This document shows positions 8,120-16,889 of a DNA stretch of 52,194 nucleotides, one piece after another. Each line of letters opens with the position of its first letter. The first letter of the stretch is position 1. A program made the translations under genes and the position numbers. The stretch covers positions 1-52,194 of the IMG/VR virus record IMGVR_UViG_3300033141_005196. One strand, 5' to 3'. The notes beneath the pieces are model-generated. The model did not search any database and was not told the origin of the DNA. It saw only the letters and a list, made by a program, of their open reading frames with translations. Source of the stretch: a virus (Duplodnaviria; Caudoviricetes).

Positions 8120-8965
8120 ATGGCTAAAGGCAGAAGAGATATCATGCTGGCGAGGAAGGTAACTGATTCGCTAGTAGCGAAGATGGGAAGAGAATTTATC
8201 GTTCAGCCCAAGATTGAGGGCGTTCGATGCCGAGCAGTCTTTCACAAGACAGGCGTTACACTTTTTTCAAGTCAGGGGAACGAATTCGTAACCGTTCCCC
8301 ACATCGTAAACGATTTGCTTGAGCTTGACAGGGGCCATATTCAAGAGCTTGACGGAGAGCTTTATGTGCATGGATGGCCCTTCCAAGATATCATCTCCGT
8401 CGTGAAGCGGAAGGTGATGCATCCAGATTTCTTCAGGATTGAGTATCACATCTTCGACTACGTTTCACACGAGCCACAAATCGATCGTCTTACGTATCTT
8501 CAGAAAAAACTCAAGCCAACAGGGGCCCTGAAGCGCGTCGATTCTACAACCTGCACTTTAGCTGAGCTTCAGAGTTATTATGAGATTTTCCTCAATCAGG
8601 GATATGAGGGAATAGTCCTCCGTGCTCCATTTGCGCCTTATGAGCGAAAGCGCACAAGCAACTTGCTTAAGCTCAAACCGAAGAAGAGAGGATGGTTTCC
8701 TATCATAGGCTACGCTGAGGAGATCTCAATCCACGGTGAGCCAAAGGGAACATTAGGTGCGCTGATCTGTGAAGCTGATGGTGAGAGTTTTCGGGTTGGA
8801 TCTGGGCCTCTCTTCACAAAAAACTCCCGAGTAATACTTTGGGAGGTGCGGGACGAGCTCATCGGCAAAACAGCCAGAGTCAAGTACCAGGGCCTGACAC
8901 TTCGTGGCGTCCCATACTTCCCTGTCGGGACAGCTATTGCAGGATGGGAAGGGAGGTGTGTATGA
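8120..8965 (+). CDS. lig: ATP-dependent DNA ligase
   Basis: QPKIEGVR (motif I), LDGELY, HIFDY, EGIVLR, LLKLK; start ATG 8120. Confidence 0.92.
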   Translation: MAKGRRDIMLARKVTDSLVAKMGREFIVQPKIEGVRCRAVFHKTGVTLFSSQGNEFVTVPHIVNDLLELDRGHIQELDGELYVHGWPFQDIISVVKRKVMHPDFFRIEYHIFDYVSHEPQIDRLTYLQKKLKPTGALKRVDSTTCTLAELQSYYEIFLNQGYEGIVLRAPFAPYERKRTSNLLKLKPKKRGWFPIIGYAEEISIHGEPKGTLGALICEADGESFRVGSGPLFTKNSRVILWEVRDELIGKTARVKYQGLTLRGVPYFPVGTAIAGWEGRCV

Positions 8966-9858
8966 CGTATGATGCAGTCTGTATCTACCATGCCTCTGAT
9001 CTTGATGGCAAATGCTCCGCAGCAATTACTGCGAAGTATTTCAGGGAGCGAGATCTTAAGATTTACTTGATCGGGGCAAATTATGGGGATGAGCCGCCAT
9101 ACGAAAAGCTCTCTGAGCTACTCGATCCTACATGGGGTGGCCTTCTCATCGTTGACTTCAGTTACCCACGGAAGGACATGCTGAAGCTGTGTGAGACGTA
9201 CTTTGTGCATTGGATCGATCATCACATCACCGCTATAGAAGAGATGAAGGGCACCGCTGCTATTGTCGGGATGCGTGACCCGAATTTCGCAGCGTGTGAG
9301 CTTACGTGGAAGTACCTCTTCCCGAAGGAGAATATGCCCTGGGCGGTCAAGATGCTCGGCCGCTACGATGTTTGGGACCACTCAGTCTCGGATGTCCTTC
9401 CATTTCAGTATGGCATGCGCCTGCATCGAACGGATCTTCCATACGCCCTAGATTTTTGGTTTGATCTCCTCTCTAAACGGAGCTATGCGAAGTCGAAGAA
9501 GATCCTCGAAGAAGGGAGAGTGGTTTTGAGGTACATCACTCAAGACAATCGTGTTTATGCGGAGCGATGTGCATTCCATCTGACCTTTGCAGGCCGCAAG
9601 GCTCTAGCGGTGAACAGACTTCTCACAAATTCGAAGATTTTCGATGCGGTGCCACGAGATCGAGATGTCGAGATTCTAATCACCTTTGGATGGATGAAAA
9701 ACACCTGGTACGTATCGCTCTATGCGGCGCACGATGGTATCAACGTCGGAGAGATTGCCAAACAATTCGGAGGTGGAGGCCATGCTGGAGCAGCAGGCTT
9801 CAAAGCTGAAGAGCTGCCGAAGGATTTAGAGCGTGTGCTCAGAAAGGATGGAAAATGA
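8962..9858 (+). CDS. DHH/DHHA1 family phosphoesterase
   Basis: YHASDLDG, IVDFS, WIDHH, GGGGHAGAAGF. Confidence 0.9.
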   Translation: MTYDAVCIYHASDLDGKCSAAITAKYFRERDLKIYLIGANYGDEPPYEKLSELLDPTWGGLLIVDFSYPRKDMLKLCETYFVHWIDHHITAIEEMKGTAAIVGMRDPNFAACELTWKYLFPKENMPWAVKMLGRYDVWDHSVSDVLPFQYGMRLHRTDLPYALDFWFDLLSKRSYAKSKKILEEGRVVLRYITQDNRVYAERCAFHLTFAGRKALAVNRLLTNSKIFDAVPRDRDVEILITFGWMKNTWYVSLYAAHDGINVGEIAKQFGGGGHAGAAGFKAEELPKDLERVLRKDGK

Positions 9859-10649
9859 ATTTTCTATTTATTGGGAGGCCGGGATCAGGGAAGACGACCC
9901 TCGCGACCACGGCCCCAAAACCTATTGCACTCATTGACGTCGACCGCAAGGCCCATGCGATGCAGAATATTCGTCACCTGATCGACGACGGCTCCGTTGT
10001 TCTTTATCCAATTGAGGAGAAGCTCATTGAGGATGATCTCATATTTCGGGCTGAAAATCCGGACAAACCACCAAAGAAAGCTCCACAGGGTTACATAAAG
10101 GCGTTGGAGATTTTTAACAAAATCCTCAACGGAGATCCAGAATTTGACAAGTTCGAAACAATCGTCCTCGATAGCCTAACTCGTCTTGTCGAGCATATGA
10201 AACGATTGCTGATCTACCACCGTGGCCAAGGGAAGTTTGGAAAGAAGAAAAGTACGAGAGACATTGAGGGCGACATGAACTGGCCAAGTTGGGGATCGTA
10301 CCTCTCGAACCTCGAAGAACTCTTCGGCACCGTCGCTGCTTATATGAAACAACACTTCATCTGCATCGCTCACGAGTACGAAGAGGTCGAGCGGGATGAC
10401 ATGACCGGAGTTGAGTTCGTTCGAGGCTATTGGCCGATGGTTGAGGGACAGATGCGAAAGAAGCTCCCAGCATATTTCGATGAGGTTTACTTCATGTACA
10501 ACAAATTCAACAGCCGAGAAAAGCGGATGGAGTATTTCATTCGCACGGTTGGCTCAAAATACTGTGCCAGGACGAGCTTCCCTGTTGAGGCAATTGTCGA
10601 TGCGGACATCTCGAAAATTCTGGCACAGAGTGGAAAGGAGGGAAAGTAG
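9855..10649 (+). CDS. AAA_24 / Sak4-like ATPase (single-strand annealing recombinase)
   Basis: GRPGSGKT, IVLDSLT, ICIAHE, LPAYFDEV. Confidence 0.85.
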   Translation: MNFLFIGRPGSGKTTLATTAPKPIALIDVDRKAHAMQNIRHLIDDGSVVLYPIEEKLIEDDLIFRAENPDKPPKKAPQGYIKALEIFNKILNGDPEFDKFETIVLDSLTRLVEHMKRLLIYHRGQGKFGKKKSTRDIEGDMNWPSWGSYLSNLEELFGTVAAYMKQHFICIAHEYEEVERDDMTGVEFVRGYWPMVEGQMRKKLPAYFDEVYFMYNKFNSREKRMEYFIRTVGSKYCARTSFPVEAIVDADISKILAQSGKEGK

Positions 10650-10694
10650 TTTGAGATGTCCAAACCAAAAATTTATTTTTGAAAGGAGAACGCT

Positions 10695-11063
10695 ATGCCC
10701 AAGATCAACGTAAAGCTTGATGAAGTCGAAAGTCTATTTCAAGTTTATCCCGAAGGTCAGTACCATGTTGAATTGACCGACAAAAGCAAGCCGATGAAGA
10801 AGGAAGATGGATTTCCTTTCATCCTCTGGATCGCTGAGATCAAGGATGAGGAATATGAGGGAAAGCTCATCTCCTGGAGAACATCTCTCGCTCCACAGGC
10901 TCTTTGGAATTTGAAAAATCTCCTCGAAACAATCAACGTTGCATGGGATGAGGACGGCTTTGAGCTTGAGGAGTGTTTCGGTCGGGAGTTGGTCATTGAT
11001 GTAACAAGTGATACTTACAACGACCGTCCTGTCAACAACATTCAGGCGTATTATCCTGTGTGA
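10695..11063 (+). CDS. DUF669-like ssDNA-binding protein
   Basis: Acidic, PEGQYHV...ALWNLKNLL pattern; directly follows the Sak4-like gene. Confidence 0.7.
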   Translation: MPKINVKLDEVESLFQVYPEGQYHVELTDKSKPMKKEDGFPFILWIAEIKDEEYEGKLISWRTSLAPQALWNLKNLLETINVAWDEDGFELEECFGRELVIDVTSDTYNDRPVNNIQAYYPV

Positions 11064-11070
11064 TCACATC

Positions 11071-11106
11071 TACGGAGAGGCGAGCTTGCGTCTCTCCGTA
11101 ATTTTA
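11071..11106 (+). terminator. Rho-independent terminator overlapping palindrome copy 2
   Basis: TACGGAGAGGCG-agct-TGCGTCTCTCCGTA followed by ATTTT. Confidence 0.65.
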
Positions 11107-11121
11107 ACGGTCTAAAATTGC
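11098..11121. promoter_or_regulatory. 24-bp palindromic site, copy 2 (GTAATTTTA-ACGGTC-TAAAATTGC)
   Basis: Directly upstream of the ParB-MTase gene. Confidence 0.8.
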
Positions 11122-11140
11122 AAAGAGGAGCTGAACTACG

Positions 11141-12532
11141 ATGGCGATGATGAAAATTTCTGACATCAAAGTAACAGATCGCGCAAGAAAAGAGCTTGGA
11201 GATATCGAGGAGCTTGCAAAGAGTATTGAGAAGAGGGGACTTATAAATCCAATCTGCGTTGAGCGAAGCTCGGGAGAGCTAATTGCCGGCTTTCGTCGTC
11301 TCGCAGCCTGTCAGCTCCTCGAATTCGATGAGATAGAGGTGAAGTATTATGAGGATCTTGATCCAATTGAAAAGAAGCTGCTAGAGCTTGAAGAAAATCT
11401 CCACAAGGAGTTTACGTGGGACGAGCAAGCTCAGCTCAGAGTCGAAATTCACAATCTCCACTGCGAGTTGAAGGGAAAGAAAGTGAGGGGTCGAAAGACT
11501 GATGGATGGGGAATCGAAGACACAGCTGAGCTGCTCAATGTCTCTCCGGCCACGATTTCTCAGGACATGGCACTGGTTGAGGGAATGAGTTATATCAAAG
11601 ACCTCAAAAAGCTCACGTCCAGAAATCAAGCCCTCAAAGCGCTGGACCGGTTTCAGGAGATGGCGGTGCTTGAGGAAATTGCTAGAAGAGAGCGAGAATA
11701 TCAGGAAGCCGTCGAGAATCTAGATGCAGGCTCAGATGTAGATACAGACTCAGACATTTCACAAATAATCCCAGCCCCAATGCCATACCGGATATTCTGT
11801 GGTGATGCAGTTGAAGTGCTGAAAGAGAAAGTAGATGACGAGACTATAAGTCTTGTGATCTTCGACCCTCCATGGGGCATTGACATCGACGCCTACAAAG
11901 GCGGTATCTCTGCCTTCAAAGCTCAGTATCGCGACGACTGGCACTATGCTTTTGGGCTGATATTTAAAATCCTCGAAGAGCTTTATCGAGTGATGCAAGA
12001 CGATACGCACATGTACTTTTTCTGCAGCCCTACCGATTTCTCACTGTGGCGGGATGTGCTTACTGGAGACTTTGACTACTTGACCTCGCTTGAGCTACTC
12101 TTTCCCAACTCTACAAAATCACTCCCAAAAATCGAAGTTCCTTGGAAGTTTCATGTGCAATCAACACCGCTAATCTGGTTGAAGGATGGAGGAGCGTTCA
12201 CGAACACAGATTATAACTTCATGTCCCGCACCGAAATAATCCTCTTCTGCTCAAAGGGCGTTGGACGAAGGCTCCGTGAACCCAGCCTTAATGTCTTTGA
12301 CATCAAACGAACCCCTACAACTGAGCGACGTCATCCACAAGAAAAGCCCGTAGAGCTGATGCAACGACTGATAAAGCTCTCTACCGTCGAGAACGAAATT
12401 GTTCTCGATCCATGTGCCGGCTCTTTCTCCACAGCGTTAGCTGCAACACTCCTCGGACGGAGGAGTGTTTCGATTGAGAAGGACGAGAAATACTTTGGAA
12501 TTGGGGTTGAGAGGCTTAAGTTTGGAGGCTGA
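11141..12532 (+). CDS. ParB-like N-terminal domain fused to an N6/N4 DNA methyltransferase
   Basis: GLINPI, LIAGFRRLAAC, ELEEN and HTH; then DPPW, HPQEKP, VLDPCAGS (beta-class order). Confidence 0.88.
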   Translation: MAMMKISDIKVTDRARKELGDIEELAKSIEKRGLINPICVERSSGELIAGFRRLAACQLLEFDEIEVKYYEDLDPIEKKLLELEENLHKEFTWDEQAQLRVEIHNLHCELKGKKVRGRKTDGWGIEDTAELLNVSPATISQDMALVEGMSYIKDLKKLTSRNQALKALDRFQEMAVLEEIARREREYQEAVENLDAGSDVDTDSDISQIIPAPMPYRIFCGDAVEVLKEKVDDETISLVIFDPPWGIDIDAYKGGISAFKAQYRDDWHYAFGLIFKILEELYRVMQDDTHMYFFCSPTDFSLWRDVLTGDFDYLTSLELLFPNSTKSLPKIEVPWKFHVQSTPLIWLKDGGAFTNTDYNFMSRTEIILFCSKGVGRRLREPSLNVFDIKRTPTTERRHPQEKPVELMQRLIKLSTVENEIVLDPCAGSFSTALAATLLGRRSVSIEKDEKYFGIGVERLKFGG

Positions 12533-12572
12533 GTCGGTAGGAGTCAAATCCACAGTGAAAGGAGGTGAGAAC

Positions 12573-12980
12573 ATGACGACAGCGAAGGGGAATCAGAGGA
12601 AGCACATTGAACGGGAGTTCGAAACGGGGAAAGATGAGGCGTGGTTCGCCAATGTCAAGCGCATGTACGACGAATACCAACACGAGTCGCTAGAGAGCAT
12701 CCGCCGAAACAGATCTTATGTGGACAAGATCTTACTCGATGCTCAACAGCATGATAATGTTCGTCAGGATATTGCAAATCAGGCCTTGCAGAATGCCGTG
12801 GAAACTGCTAACATGGTGGGCAAACAGGCAGTGCGCCACAGTGATCTTGCTATCGACAGGCAGTGGAATGTCGATGAGCAGAGCTACACGGCAGAGAACA
12901 TTCTCCGTCAACCCTTCTGGCAGGATCTCGCCCAGGCAATTGCGGTTGCGGTTGCTACGGCTCTGAAGGAGGAAGAGTAG
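12573..12980 (+). CDS. Q/N/A-rich helical hypothetical protein
   Basis: RBS AAGGAGGTGA, ATG 12573. Confidence 0.75.
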   Translation: MTTAKGNQRKHIEREFETGKDEAWFANVKRMYDEYQHESLESIRRNRSYVDKILLDAQQHDNVRQDIANQALQNAVETANMVGKQAVRHSDLAIDRQWNVDEQSYTAENILRQPFWQDLAQAIAVAVATALKEEE

Positions 12981-13106
12981 TTAGGATCGGCCAGCAGAAG
13001 GCCATCGGCCTTGGGAGTAAGCACAATAAAGTGGAGTCGGGGTGTGGGTTGCCCTACCTGCTGGCCATCTCAAATTCGCCTTGAATATCTGAGATGAGGA
13101 TCGAAA

Positions 13107-13442
13107 ATGGACACAACAACTGTCTTCAACCTAACTCCCTTCCAAGCAGCAAAATTACATGGATGTTCAAATCCCATAAACAGCCAATACAGGAGCGCAT
13201 TAACTGATAAAAGAGGATGGGAGCTACACGGATGCTTCGAGTTTGCTTCAAGGATCAAGGCTGAAGAGGATTATGACTATATAGTCCACTTCCTCCACGA
13301 TTCTCTCAAAGATGCTATTTGCGTAGGACTTGTTAACTGTTCAGCAGACCGACGCAGATGGGCATTTCTTGGAACGCATAAGATAGGCAAATGTCCGTAC
13401 TGTGAGTACATGGAGGTGAAGAATGAGGGGGCTTACTTGTAA
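13107..13442 (+). CDS. Cys-rich protein, paralog of 14194
   Basis: Shared GC.N...CF.F...AIC...HK.G.CPYCEY. Confidence 0.7.
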   Translation: MDTTTVFNLTPFQAAKLHGCSNPINSQYRSALTDKRGWELHGCFEFASRIKAEEDYDYIVHFLHDSLKDAICVGLVNCSADRRRWAFLGTHKIGKCPYCEYMEVKNEGAYL

Positions 13443-13692
13443 GCCGTTGCAGTTGCTTTACGAGATGAGCAGGTGCCACTACAACCAGAACATTGATGGT
13501 TGTCCATTTTGCGAGGTTGCATCTAGGGAACTGCGGACTATCAACGAACGTTTCAACCAAAGATTTACTAACGTATGTAAATTCTGCTGGCACCGTAGTG
13601 CAAACGGACTAATAGCAGAGGAATTGTTTGACTGCTTCGCAAGAGGTACAACAGCTTCGAATAGGATCAGATTTCCGTTTCATTGGGTCTAG
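13423..13692 (+). CDS. Cys-rich paralog (MRGLTCKPLQLLYE...CPFC...CKFCWH)
   Basis: RBS GGAGGTGA; paralogy with 2839 and 3350. Confidence 0.75.
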   Translation: MRGLTCKPLQLLYEMSRCHYNQNIDGCPFCEVASRELRTINERFNQRFTNVCKFCWHRSANGLIAEELFDCFARGTTASNRIRFPFHWV

Positions 13693-13721
13693 GAGACTAA
13701 AGTGAAAGGAGATTAACACAA

Positions 13722-13895
13722 ATGCTAGTGATCTGCGAAGGAAAAGATACTTGTGATGTGAAGGACTGCCCACATAGAAAACCTCACGTTCCTTGGCCAA
13801 TCCCTGACATGGACGACGCGATAGAATACTGCAACGAGGTAGAGTGTGTTTACTACCATTTTCGCTGCATTGCAACGGGAGAAGAGGGAAGTTGA
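13722..13895 (+). CDS. Small Cys/His-rich protein (57 aa)
   Basis: RBS AAGGAG; MLVICEGKDTCDVKDCPHRKPH. Confidence 0.55.
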   Translation: MLVICEGKDTCDVKDCPHRKPHVPWPIPDMDDAIEYCNEVECVYYHFRCIATGEEGS

Positions 13896-13964
13896 AGATG
13901 ATAAAGAAACGAGTGCTCAATCATATCTACCATGTCAGCTATTGAACTTGGATGCTAGAGAGTC

Positions 13965-14180
13965 ATGATCGAATATCTTCACGCAAAAATGAGCGTTTTA
14001 GGGCCGGCAGATGCGAAGAGACTTTGGCGGCTTTTCCATATGATGATGTTTGTCCTCTTCCTACGATCTGCATGGAAACATCTGAAGCGCAAGAATGCAA
14101 AGATAGCTGCATGGCAATTTCTAGGAGCTTTTAAGTCAATAGGATACATGTTCAAAGAAGCAGGGGAATGGATGGTCTAA
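13965..14180 (+). CDS. Hypothetical protein
   Basis: ORF in operon context. Confidence 0.5.
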   Translation: MIEYLHAKMSVLGPADAKRLWRLFHMMMFVLFLRSAWKHLKRKNAKIAAWQFLGAFKSIGYMFKEAGEWMV

Positions 14181-14193
14181 AAGGAGATGAAAA

Positions 14194-14532
14194 ATGCCAC
14201 TTCTAGTACATGTACTAGCAGCCAGATATGGCTGTCCAAACTTTCTGTTTAGGGCTTACTCTTCAATTACAGCTAACAAGAATGACATAACGCTACAGGA
14301 ATGCTTTGGATTTGAACAAATAGTTAAGGCTACATCACAATTCAATCAGGTTAAACACTTTCTGAGACGAGATGGAACGGCCATCTGTCTCGTTGCCAAG
14401 ACTGACATCTGTGGTCGTCCCAGATTCGCGGGCCTCCATAAAGTCGGGGAGTGTCCGTACTGCGAGTATCGAAATCTCGATCCGGATAAGGTGAGAAGGA
14501 TTCTAGCGAAAATTAGAGGAGATGTCGGATGA
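14194..14532 (+). CDS. Cys-rich protein, paralog of 13107
   Basis: RBS AAGGAG; shared motifs. Confidence 0.7.
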   Translation: MPLLVHVLAARYGCPNFLFRAYSSITANKNDITLQECFGFEQIVKATSQFNQVKHFLRRDGTAICLVAKTDICGRPRFAGLHKVGECPYCEYRNLDPDKVRRILAKIRGDVG

Positions 14533-14744
14533 GCCGACTAGCTGATATAGAAAACGCAGCTTATCGTTATGTTGTGGCCAAAGTAGCTCTTACAAAGTGT
14601 ATGCAAAAACACTTTAGGCAGCTTTGTAATAGATGCAAGCATTATGATAGATGCGACGTCTATGCTACTTATGTTGATAGCTGGATTAATTTACAAAAAG
14701 CGGTGAATTTGAATAGATTGAGAGCTACGTTGGAGAAAACATGA
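14529..14744 (+). CDS. Four-Cys protein, paralog of the C-half of 15909
   Basis: YV..K.A...C......C..C.....C..Y..Y..S pattern. Confidence 0.65.
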   Translation: MSRLADIENAAYRYVVAKVALTKCMQKHFRQLCNRCKHYDRCDVYATYVDSWINLQKAVNLNRLRATLEKT

Positions 14745-14953
14745 AATGGTGGGACGACGACGTAATTAGATATGTTGAATACTTCATCTGCCTCTACTGC
14801 GGCGGCTACGGCATTGTCTTGCTAAACAAAAGCCCAAACGACGCGAGCACATGGGATATTATCGAGCCTGAGGCCAGAGATATGACTGTGTGTCCGCTCT
14901 GTGCGGGCTTTGGTGTGTTTTGGGACTATGTTGACCAGCGGAGAAGAAGATAA
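14741..14953 (+). CDS. DnaJ-type zinc-finger-like small protein
   Basis: CLYCGGYG...CPLCAGFG (two CxxCxGxG). Confidence 0.6.
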   Translation: MKWWDDDVIRYVEYFICLYCGGYGIVLLNKSPNDASTWDIIEPEARDMTVCPLCAGFGVFWDYVDQRRRR

Positions 14954-15333
14954 TGATCGACGAGATTACATTAGCTGATAATCAGATAACGCTTGATATG
15001 ATAAAGCTCCTAGCCAAAGGCGCAAACAGGCTTGTATATGCAGTGCAGACCTGTTGGTGGAAAATAGGAGATCCAATTTACAAGCATCCAGCCACTAATT
15101 TACCATGTGGACCACGAGGCGAGATGTTATTAGAGACAGGTAATCCCACAGGCTTCATAGAACTTGCCGAAAAGAATCCAGAACATTATGGTAGGCATGG
15201 CCTGCGGGCCTTTGTGACTGCCTATCATGGCAACGTGGTAACAAAGAAAGGAAAGCTGCCCACGTCGCTAGTTGGCTGGGAGAGGTATAATGATCTTTTA
15301 GATAAGGAGTTGAGTACCGAGGGGAAGCTATGA
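14953..15333 (+). CDS. Hypothetical protein
   Basis: 126-aa coupled ORF. Confidence 0.65.
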   Translation: MIDEITLADNQITLDMIKLLAKGANRLVYAVQTCWWKIGDPIYKHPATNLPCGPRGEMLLETGNPTGFIELAEKNPEHYGRHGLRAFVTAYHGNVVTKKGKLPTSLVGWERYNDLLDKELSTEGKL

Positions 15334-15533
15334 AAACGATCCTGAGAATTCCTCTATTACGATACACAATTGCATCACTTATATTCTTCATAGACATTTG
15401 GACGGTTCCGTTTCTGTGGTATGTTCTCCGGCCCGAAGATCTTTTCATCTGGTGGGGATTCCCACTTTTCTTTACACTTATTGTCATCTTCGTCGGAGGT
15501 GTGACCTTGGCAGTTTTTATCGCATGCGACTAA
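15330..15533 (+). CDS. Two-TM membrane protein
   Basis: Two hydrophobic segments; C-terminus GG..LAV.IA shared with the next gene. Confidence 0.65.
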   Translation: MKTILRIPLLRYTIASLIFFIDIWTVPFLWYVLRPEDLFIWWGFPLFFTLIVIFVGGVTLAVFIACD

Positions 15534-15559
15534 TATCAAGAAAACCAAAGGAACGTATC

Positions 15560-15766
15560 ATGTCTAGACACATACTTGCAGCGATTATCATCTTAACATC
15601 TTCCCTGTTGATTTATATCATCACACAGCTCTGGAACGAAACGTCTTTGAGTTTTTGGATGCAATTTGTCGTCTTTACAAGCTTGGTATGCATAGCCACA
15701 GGCGGCACGGCACTTGCTGTAATAATCGCTTTTGGAAAGGAGGGTGAGGATGATAAAAATGCCTAA
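15560..15766 (+). CDS. Two-TM membrane protein, tandem paralog
   Basis: MSRHILAAII...ATGGTALAVIIAFG. Confidence 0.65.
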   Translation: MSRHILAAIIILTSSLLIYIITQLWNETSLSFWMQFVVFTSLVCIATGGTALAVIIAFGKEGEDDKNA

Positions 15767-15902
15767 CGACGCAGAAGGTTGGCCGATAGAGGGTGTAATC
15801 AGAAACATTGTCGAGCAGGTGAATTCTTGCCTGATGCAATTGGCAAACGAGGTTGAAGATCACGATCGAAGGTTAAAATCTTTAGAGCATGGTGGGGAGT
15901 GA
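15759..15902 (+). CDS. Small coiled-coil protein (47 aa)
   Basis: RBS GGAGG/GAGG; fills the gap between neighbours. Confidence 0.45.
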   Translation: MPNDAEGWPIEGVIRNIVEQVNSCLMQLANEVEDHDRRLKSLEHGGE

Positions 15903-15908
15903 TTAAAA

Positions 15909-16265
15909 ATGTACAGTCAAATTTCACAGTGTCCGAAATGTGGTGCACCGATCTATGCTACAAATCCTTGGCATGGAACCTGTCCGCCACCGCCTATTTA
16001 CTCCTGCAGCTGTCGCTTTGGTGCAGATCAAGCCACATCCACTGAAAGCGACACACTTCTAAAAACCGTTAAGAGCTACGTCGAAACTAAAGAAGCCATG
16101 CTTCGATGTAGTCTGCATCGAGGAAAGTCCATCTGTAACTTGTGTCAGGAATTCACAACATGCTCCCTCTACTCAAACTATCTCACTAGCTACTTTGAAC
16201 TTTTGGAGGATGTGCGATGCCTCAGTTCGTCATCTGCACAAAATGTTGGACAAAGCGAAGGCTGA
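15909..16265 (+). CDS. Cys-rich two-domain protein
   Basis: CPKCGAPIY...CSC plus four-Cys domain. Confidence 0.65.
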   Translation: MYSQISQCPKCGAPIYATNPWHGTCPPPPIYSCSCRFGADQATSTESDTLLKTVKSYVETKEAMLRCSLHRGKSICNLCQEFTTCSLYSNYLTSYFELLEDVRCLSSSSAQNVGQSEG

Positions 16266-16450
16266 AAAAGTCAGATCCAGATTACAAGCATCCGAAATGC
16301 AAATGCTGCGGAGTTGTACTTCGAATCTGGCCCTGGCAATTTGATTCAGTAGGAGGTGATTTCAATGACTGTTCAGCTCTTTTGGCGACACAAGAAGATG
16401 ATAATCTGCCCACACTGTCAAACCAAAGGCTACGTGTACACGAAACTTGA
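16217..16450 (+). CDS. Zinc-ribbon protein
   Basis: RBS GGAGG; CTKC...CKCC. Confidence 0.5.
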   Translation: MPQFVICTKCWTKRRLKKSDPDYKHPKCKCCGVVLRIWPWQFDSVGGDFNDCSALLATQEDDNLPTLSNQRLRVHET

Positions 16451-16595
16451 CGAGGTTACTAAAGGCATCTCCGGGGGCAAGGCCGTAGGTGGACTGCTTA
16501 CAGGGGGTTTGTCTCTGCTTGCAACCGGTATATCTCGCAAGCAGCAGGTTACACGATGCAAATGCCGAAACTGTGGTAGTGAGTGGATGTTCTAG
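16365..16595 (+). CDS. Zinc-ribbon / glycine-zipper membrane protein (recurring phage family)
   Basis: CPHCQ...KGISGGKAVGGLLTGGLSLLATGISRK...CRNCG. Confidence 0.75.
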   Translation: MTVQLFWRHKKMIICPHCQTKGYVYTKLDEVTKGISGGKAVGGLLTGGLSLLATGISRKQQVTRCKCRNCGSEWMF

Positions 16596-16615
16596 TTGAA
16601 AGGAGGTGAATTTGA

Positions 16616-16888
16616 ATGAATGGCAATGTCGAAGATCTTATGCAAAAATACAAGGTAAAACTCAATGTGAAGAGCAGCTGTGAGATCTGTGGAAAGTCCT
16701 GGCCGGCCTCGCTCATCAAAACCTTCATCTTCAGCCCGAATAGCAGAGCACCAAAGAGGAAGGATGCATGTCCTTTATGCGCATTGAAGCTGAAGAACGA
16801 ATTCTGTAAACTTCCGCCAGATACACCATTCAGTGGAAAGCCGCAGCAAGACCTCTACAAGATCGCGCTTTACTTGAAAGGAGACTAA
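16616..16888 (+). CDS. Zinc-binding hypothetical protein
   Basis: RBS AAGGAGGTGA; CEIC...CPLC. Confidence 0.7.
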   Translation: MNGNVEDLMQKYKVKLNVKSSCEICGKSWPASLIKTFIFSPNSRAPKRKDACPLCALKLKNEFCKLPPDTPFSGKPQQDLYKIALYLKGD

Positions 16889-16889
16889 A

